In this document: positions 56,454 to 64,000 of the stretch, in pieces
How the letters are laid out: every line of letters starts with the position of its first letter
How positions within the stretch are numbered: the stretch's first letter is position 1
NCBI GenBank assembly: GCA_951406725.2
Contig: OX597814.1
Location: 1,984,001-2,048,000, forward strand
Source: Octopus vulgaris
Lineage: Eukaryota
Reading direction: 5' to 3'
DNA length: 64,000 nucleotides
Translations under genes and position numbers: made by a program
The notes under the pieces: model-generated
What the model saw: the letters and a program-made list of their open reading frames with translations, nothing else
Databases searched by the model: none
Told to the model about the DNA's origin: nothing

Positions 56454-57012
56454 TTATATATATATAACGTCCTACTGCCTGACGCATACTTTCAACTGTT
56501 GAACCTATTCTACCGCGTAGTTTCAGTAGATGAGCCAAGTGTGCGACGTGGTTTGAACTAATGAGCGTCGTCAGTCAGGTGATTTCAAATAATGTGTCTT
56601 TCCCTCTGACACACCACGTGTTTTACTCTGATATCTCTCATCTATGAAACAGTTTCAACAATTTCAGCTCTACATTTGTACAGCGCTACCCGAATTTATT
56701 TTGTCGCAAAACGCTTATACGATTTAGCTTACTGCCAACCAAGTTTTAATGAAAGACCGAATGGCGCAAAACTGTTTTAGAGAATAAAAATTTATCTTTT
56801 AAACATATTTAAAGCAAACGATCACAAATTTCACCGATAGATCATAATTTATATTCCGCAGTTGTTCCATTAGAGATAACGTCGTTAATTCATAAATGGA
56901 ATACACAGGATGGAATACACAGGGCAAAACCAGAGAGAAGAGGAGTAGAGACGAACAAGAAATAGTCATTGAAGGGGTCACAGAATATGTGACAAAATAC
57001 CTTTGACAAATG

Positions 57013-57496
<484 letters not shown>

Positions 57497-57497
<1 letters not shown>

Positions 57498-57590
57498 GTA
57501 CTTGGGGAAATTTTGGAAATGGATAAATTGATGGAGAAAGAAATGACAGAAAAATTCAAGGTGGAGTACTTGAGCAGACTGAAGAACATG
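57497..57590 (+). mobile_element. R4/Dong-like RT-end fragment abutting (AAT)n
   Basis: KYLG, then after a frameshift ILEMDKLMEKEMTEKFKVEYLSRLK; resembles the YKYLGILE.D....EM.EK...EY..R motif at the end of the R4/Dong RT. Confidence 0.6.
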
Positions 57591-58381
57591 GAAAACGCGG
57601 GGCATTTAGAGAGGAAAATTAGAACTCACAGCAAGACTATGGTCTTGGATTCAACTGGAGTGAACTTATAGAAAAAATATAGTTGAAGAATCTCGTATGC
57701 ATTAATATAGAGGCACGTATTTGATGGAGGTAAGAAAGAAAAACAAGACATATAAATATATGGAGCTGGGGAGATATAGATACAGGAAAGAATAAATAGC
57801 TTAAAAGCAAACACGATTTAAATAGGTGTGAGTATATATAACTATAGTTAGGTTACAGCTAATATAATCTTTATTGCTATGCACTCGGTTACAGGGTGTA
57901 TATGGGGATGGGGGGGTATTATGAATGGTATCAAGTATACATTGGAAAGTAAAGAAATATAGACGAAAACACCTGAGGCTATATCATATATATATATATT
58001 TATATATATAATACATATATATATATACATGTAGATATATATATACATGTATATATATGTATATATGCATATATATACACATATGTATATATATATATAT
58101 ACGTACGTATATATATATATGTATATATATATGAATACATATATACATGTTATGTGTATATATCTTATGCATATACATACATACATGTATATATATATAT
58201 ATATATAAACACGTACATGCAAGCACATATGACAATATAAACATATATGATTATATATCTGTGTCTATGAGTATGTGTATGTGTATAAATATATATATAT
58301 ATTTATATATATACATGTGTATGTGTATATATATACATACACACATATATATAAATCTATATGTATGTAAATATATATATG

Positions 58382-58421
<40 letters not shown>

Positions 58422-58778
58422 CATATATATATATATACATATACATATATATACATACATCTCTTTACGTAGGTGGCTGACGGTGACCGGAAGTAAGAGT
58501 AATTGAACAGAATCATTAGTTTTTGTCAAAGAAAACAAAAAATACTTACAAAAAACGCATGAAAAACACCTCATTATTTCCATAAACATTTCCATTTTAC
58601 CACTTGCACTAAAGTAACCGCCTGTATATACACTCACTCCAACAGTTTTGGTACGTTAGGTTATACACACATGAGAGTCTTAGTATAAACACATTACCAA
58701 GCTTCTCGCAAAGTTGCCAAGATGATGCATTCTCAGGAAATGTATGTATATCTGTGTAAGGGTGTGTATATGTAAGTA

Positions 58779-58870
<92 letters not shown>

Positions 58871-59265
58871 TATTTATATATATGTAAATATATATATATT
58901 TATATATATGCAAATATATATAATATATGTATATACACACAGACACTAACGGATGCTTACTACTCTCTATATATAATGATATGTATATATGTATATATAT
59001 ATACATATCTACACGTACATATATACATACATATATACACATGCACATACATGCATATATACATATGAATATACCTACATGCGCATATATTTGTATTAGT
59101 ATATATACTCACATAAATACAAAACTCTATGTATGCCTGAGATACTCTCGTTCTCTACTCATCTATACACACATACGCAAACACATGCATACGTACATAC
59201 ATACATACATATATACATACATACATACATACATACATACATACATACATACATACATACATAAT

Positions 59266-59301
<36 letters not shown>

Positions 59302-59507
59302 TTACATGCATGCTTGCATACATACATACATACATACATACATACATACAGACAGACATATATACATACATACATACATGCATACATACATACAGACAGA
59401 CATATATGCATGCATGTGAATAATGTATGCATGTATGTTTGTGAGTGCGTTTGGTTCTGTCTATCTATCTATCTATCTATCTATTTATTTATATATCTGC
59501 AAGTGTG

Positions 59508-59573
<66 letters not shown>

Positions 59574-59708
59574 TTCTCTTATTTTTTTTTACTAGTTTCA
59601 GTAATTTAATGTTCAGTGAGAAGCGAGAACTTTTGACGTTTCGAGCAGCGCTCTTCTTCGGAAATTCAAACCTAAAACTCCGAAGATAGACTGTGGCCAA
59701 TGTATATA

Positions 59709-60128
59709 CAGGTTGCGTCAGGTATTTGAGGACATTTGTGTGATTGCTGCATTTTTTGCTAACTCTGTATAATCTTTGTTTCATAAAAGAATAATTGCTG
59801 CACCCATGAGTCTACACAGAACTGGATGGCTGAAAATTTTGATGATCACATAACCCCTAACATTTGGCCTCCTAATTCCAAGATCTCAATCCATTGGACT
59901 ATTACATGGGGGGCGTTATTGAGAGAAAGGTCAATGAACACGCCTGCTTGATTCGAGCATGTAGACGGTTTAGATCTCATATAGAAGCAGTTGTTAAAGC
60001 TGAAAGTGGCTTTATTGAATAACATTCTAGAAAAGAAGATTTTCGTCCTCATTTTTTGATACTCTGTTATTATATATCTGTTATTTTTTACAAACATAAA
60101 TCTGTTCTCAAATATCTTACGCACCCTG
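59709..60128 (+). mobile_element. Internally deleted maT/Tc1-like DNA transposon with both terminal inverted repeats
   Basis: Ends CAGGTTGCGTCAGGTATTTGAGGACA and (reverse complement) CAGGGTGCGTAAGATATTTGAGAACA, 22/26 identical, with TA on both sides. Encodes TQNWMAENF..IWPPNS-DLNPLDYY..LIRACRRFRSHIEAVVKAESGFIE*. Confidence 0.85.
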
Positions 60129-60170
60129 TATATATATATATATATAATAATAATATATATATATAATAAT

Positions 60171-60735
60171 AACTTGAGGCGATCCAACGAAGCTACACAA
60201 AGAAGATAGCCTCTATGCAGAATGTAAGCTACTGGGAAAGACTCAAGAGATTAAAATTATATTCCCTGGAGCGTAGGCGGGAAAGATATGCCATAATATA
60301 CATCTGGAAGATCCTGGAGGGAAGTGTCCTGAACTTTGGCATCGAGAGTTACGCAAATGCCAGAACTGGGCGCCACTGCGTGGTGCCTAGGACTCCAAAC
60401 CTGCCATCAAGATGTAGGACAAGATTCTGTGATAGCCTGGGCTTCCGAGGCCCACAGCTCTTCAATATCATCCCGAAGAACCTGAGAGACCTGCATGGGG
60501 TGGATACAGATGTCTTTAAAATGAAGCTGGATCTCTTCCTGTCAGTTGTCCCAGATGAACCAACTTCACGGCAGGAGGGGCAGATGAGGGCAGCTGCATC
60601 GAACTCTCTCATGCACCAAATAGCAGTTGCTAGAAAGCCTCCATGAAGTGAAACCAAGTAGCAACACCAAATGGCGGTGCCCCAGCATGGCCACAGCTCA
60701 TAAGCTGAAGCTAGAATCAATCAATCAATCAATCA
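60171..60735 (+). mobile_element. 5'-truncated CR1-group LINE (ORF2 C-terminus open to 60646) with (ATCA)n tail
   Basis: LEAIQRSYTKKI..SYWERLKRLKLYSLERRRERYAIIYIWKILEG..GPQLFNIIP..FKMKLDLFLSVVPDEP; flanked by (TAA)n. Confidence 0.88.
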
Positions 60736-60989
60736 TAATAATAATAATAATAATAATATTAGGGAATAAATCCAAACTTACAGGGAAAAATGAGATTTAG
60801 GATTAAATCCAATTTTATAGTATAAATATATTATATTAAATTATATTAAATTAGAGATAAAACCACTATTAGGCAAATCAAACAATGAAAAACATAAGCC
60901 AATACATAGAATTAATTTTAAAATACAGAAGTTAAAAATAAAAAATTATTTAAATAATTTAAACTTATAAATTTTATATATATATACAA

Positions 60990-61022
<33 letters not shown>

Positions 61023-61190
61023 TGTATATTTTTATATTTATATATTATTTTATTAATTAATTATTTAATTAATTAATTAATTAATTTATTTATTTATTTT
61101 TATTTTCATTAAAAAAAATTTTTTTATTATATCAAAAGTATTAAAAGTTTAATAAAAGATAATATATATATATGTGTGTGTGTGTGTATG

Positions 61191-61266
<76 letters not shown>

Positions 61267-61269
<3 letters not shown>

Positions 61270-61620
61270 GAAATTTACAAAAAGAAAAAACAAACCAAAA
61301 GAAGAAGGCGGGTGTGTAAACAACAAACAGATGTATTAGTTTAACGCTCGGGAAGTGAGAAAGTAATTTACGTTTCGAGCCTACGCTCTTCAACGGAAAG
61401 GAACACAGAAAGAAACAGGGAGAGAAAATAGAAAATTTTTAGTGGCTAGCGATCAATCATGGCGAATGCCGGACAGGAGGGTCACACAAGAGAGCTAGGA
61501 AGAAGAGGAGATAATAAAGTAGTGGTGATCCGAAAATGAAGGTGCGCATGTATATGAGAGCGTGTATGTGCATGTGTAGATGTGTGGATGATGGTGTAGG
61601 TGCTGGGAAGTCGGTATTGA
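61267..61620 (-). mobile_element. Probable Penelope-like fragment with a degenerate hammerhead-like motif (61367-61401)
   Basis: Minus strand reads TTC-CGTTGA-A-GAGC(GTAG)GCTC-GAAA-CG-TA. The terminus GTTGAAATTTACA also occurs after (TA)n at 3191. Confidence 0.45.
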
Positions 61621-61676
61621 AAGTTGTTCTTTCCTATGGATATATATATATATATAACTACTCACACTCACTCTTA

Positions 61677-61719
<43 letters not shown>

Positions 61720-61940
61720 TCATACATGTATATGTATTATGTAATTATGTATGTGTGTCTGTGTATGGGCTAGAAAATAACCAGGAGACGCAAGATAGGC
61801 TCAAGCCAAGAACAAGCATGCATCTATATGGACTCATATTGCTGTGTAGTTGTGTGTGTGTGTGAACGTGTGTGTGTACACATCTCTTTATAGGTGGATT
61901 ATTTTCCTAATTTAGCAACAAAAAAGAAACAGATAAACAG

Positions 61941-62350
61941 ATGCAGGAGTGGCTGTGTCGTAAGTAGCTTGTCTACCACCCACATGGTTCCGGGTTCAGT
62001 CCCACTGTGTGGCACCTTGGGCAAGTGTCTTCTACTATAGCCTCAGGCAGACCAAAGCTTTGTGAGTGGATTTGGTGGACGGAAACTGAAAGAAGCCCGT
62101 CGTATATATGTATATATATATATGTATGTGTGTGTGTTTGTGTGTCTGTGTTTGTCCCGCTAGCATTGCTTGTCAACCGATGGTGGTGTGTTTATGTCCC
62201 CGTTACTTAGCGGTTCGGCAAAAGAGACCGATAGAATAAGTACTGGGCTTACAAAGAATAATAAGTCCTGAGGTCGATTTTCTCGACTAAAGGCGGTGCT
62301 CCAGCATGGCCGCAGTCAATGACTGAAAGAAGTAAGAGAGTAAAAGAGAG
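61941..62350 (+). mobile_element. Full-length SINE family A
   Basis: Matches 20994-21438. Confidence 0.9.
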
Positions 62351-62524
62351 TGAAAGTGTATTAAGATAAATTGAAGAAGGAAGAGACTGATGCTGGCTTC
62401 AAGGAATATCAACGAGAGACAAGATGTCCCAATGGAACTTTCCAGAGTGGGCAGACAGGATAGAGATTAGTGGAGATTTTTCTTGGACTAAATTTGTGTG
62501 TGCCTGTTTATATATATATAAATT

Positions 62525-62731
62525 CTTTTCTTCTTTTACTTGTTTCAGTCATTTGACTGCGGCCATGCTGGAGCACCGCCTTTAGTCGAGAAAATCGACC
62601 TCAGGACTTATTATTCTTTGTAAGACTAGTACTTATTCTATCGGTGTCTTTTGCCGAACCGGTAAGTTACGGGGACGTAACAACACCAGCATCGGTTGTT
62701 AAGCGATGTTGTTGGGATAAATACAGACACA

Positions 62732-62735
<4 letters not shown>
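62525..62735 (-). mobile_element. SINE family A 3' half, inverted relative to 61941-62350
   Basis: Reverse complement of the family A tail. Confidence 0.88.
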
Positions 62736-62775
<40 letters not shown>

Positions 62776-62804
62776 ACACACGCAACGCACGCATATTTTT
62801 AAGT

Positions 62805-63045
62805 CTCAAAATGAGAGATATTCAGCAACAGTACTTTGTAGTAAATATTCTTTGCCAACATAACATGGCAGTCCTGGTTTAGGACGAATGTTGCTGTAAT
62901 TTAGCCCCAGGAGACATCGTCTCCAGCTGGCAACGTTCGTCCTAAACCAGGACTGCCGTGTTATGTTGGCAAACAATCTTTACTCCAAAGTACTGTTGCT
63001 GAATGTATATTGTTGTGAGATTTTAAAATAGTAATTTTCTAATTG
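62805..63045. repeat. Inverted repeat (~88-bp arms, ~36-bp spacer), same family as 33210-33590
   Basis: 62805-62893 is the reverse complement of ~62930-63020. Confidence 0.85.
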
Positions 63046-63683
63046 AATATTTATCTATTAAATATTTGAAAATAAATTTTGGTGAAACATTCTCGTCGAA
63101 GCTTCTAGCAATTGGATACATACTATAGCTAGTATGACCACTTGGAACACAGAAGTAAAATTACATATAATGATGGATGTCAGCCGTTCTCCAGACGTGA
63201 ACTTCCATTTCTAAATCAGTGAAAAGGAGAATATTTAGTTGAAATTGGTTCGAAATCTTCAGCTCTTATACCTTGATTATAAATTTTCATTTATCCTGAA
63301 TAGAGTTAATAAATGCTCAGACGAAAACCTAAAAGATCTAGGCTTATGAGGTAAAGTAAGCGACCAACAGACACACTTTACAAATACATTGTGTAAGCAG
63401 AAAAGAAAAAATATGAGAGACTTTTCTGGAGTTCGACATAAAAATTGTAGCCATGGAGCTTTGTTTCTTTATCATCTATTAGCTCCGTATTGTATTTGTA
63501 GGAAGGAATAAACTAATCTAAATCCATAGATATTAATAAAATTATACTTCTGAATACAAATTAATAGGATGTTGCAGTCATGTGGAGTGCAAACCTGACG
63601 TTATGTTAAATATAAAAAGGAAAGAGAACGTCTATGTCGAACTAATTAGGTTTCTGAATATATTACACAGTGGCACACAAACG

Positions 63684-63790
<107 letters not shown>

Positions 63791-63816
63791 CTATGATGAT
63801 TGTGAAACTTAGCTAT

Positions 63817-64000
63817 GGTGGTGAGCTGGCAGAATCGTTAGCACACAGGGCGAAATGCTTAGCGGTATTTCGTCTGTTTTTGTGTTATGAGCTCAAAATC
63901 CGCCGAGATCAACTTTGCCTTTCATTCCTTTCGAGGTCGAGAAATTGAGTCACAGTTGCGTACTGGGGTATATCTAATCGACTGGCCCTCTCCCCCCAAA
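63817..64000 (+). mobile_element. SINE family B variant (runs off the window end)
   Basis: GGTGAGCTGGCAGAATCGTTAGC head and CCTTTCATTCCTTTCGAGGTCGA body. Confidence 0.8.

Noticed and set aside
56520-56580. Minus-strand CTGACGA hammerhead-like start
   Set aside because: No correctly placed GAAA or pairing stems.

Overview
Eukaryotic, AT-rich, extremely repeat-dense non-coding DNA (intergenic or intronic). The SINE families and microsatellite load resemble octopus/coleoid cephalopod genomes; this is an inference from recognition, not a database result. I found no host protein-coding gene: almost all ORFs in the track are microsatellite translations. The window contains three copies of a Tx1-like (L1-group) LINE, all abutting (TATC)n/(GATA)n microsatellites, two of them with readable target-site duplications (TSDs). 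It also has four R4/Dong-like fragments, three of them at (TAA)n tracts, and three CR1-group LINE ends. About 25 tRNA-derived SINEs fall into several modular families; one family shares its 3' tail with the Tx1 LINE and another with the CR1-group LINE. Other elements are Penelope-like repeats carrying minimal hammerhead ribozymes, three non-autonomous Helitrons, several Tc1/mariner remnants, a 44-bp minisatellite and an inverted-repeat element enclosing a tRNA-like Pol III promoter. The best candidate for an undescribed system is a GATA-microsatellite-targeting Tx1 retrotransposon together with its putative partner SINE.
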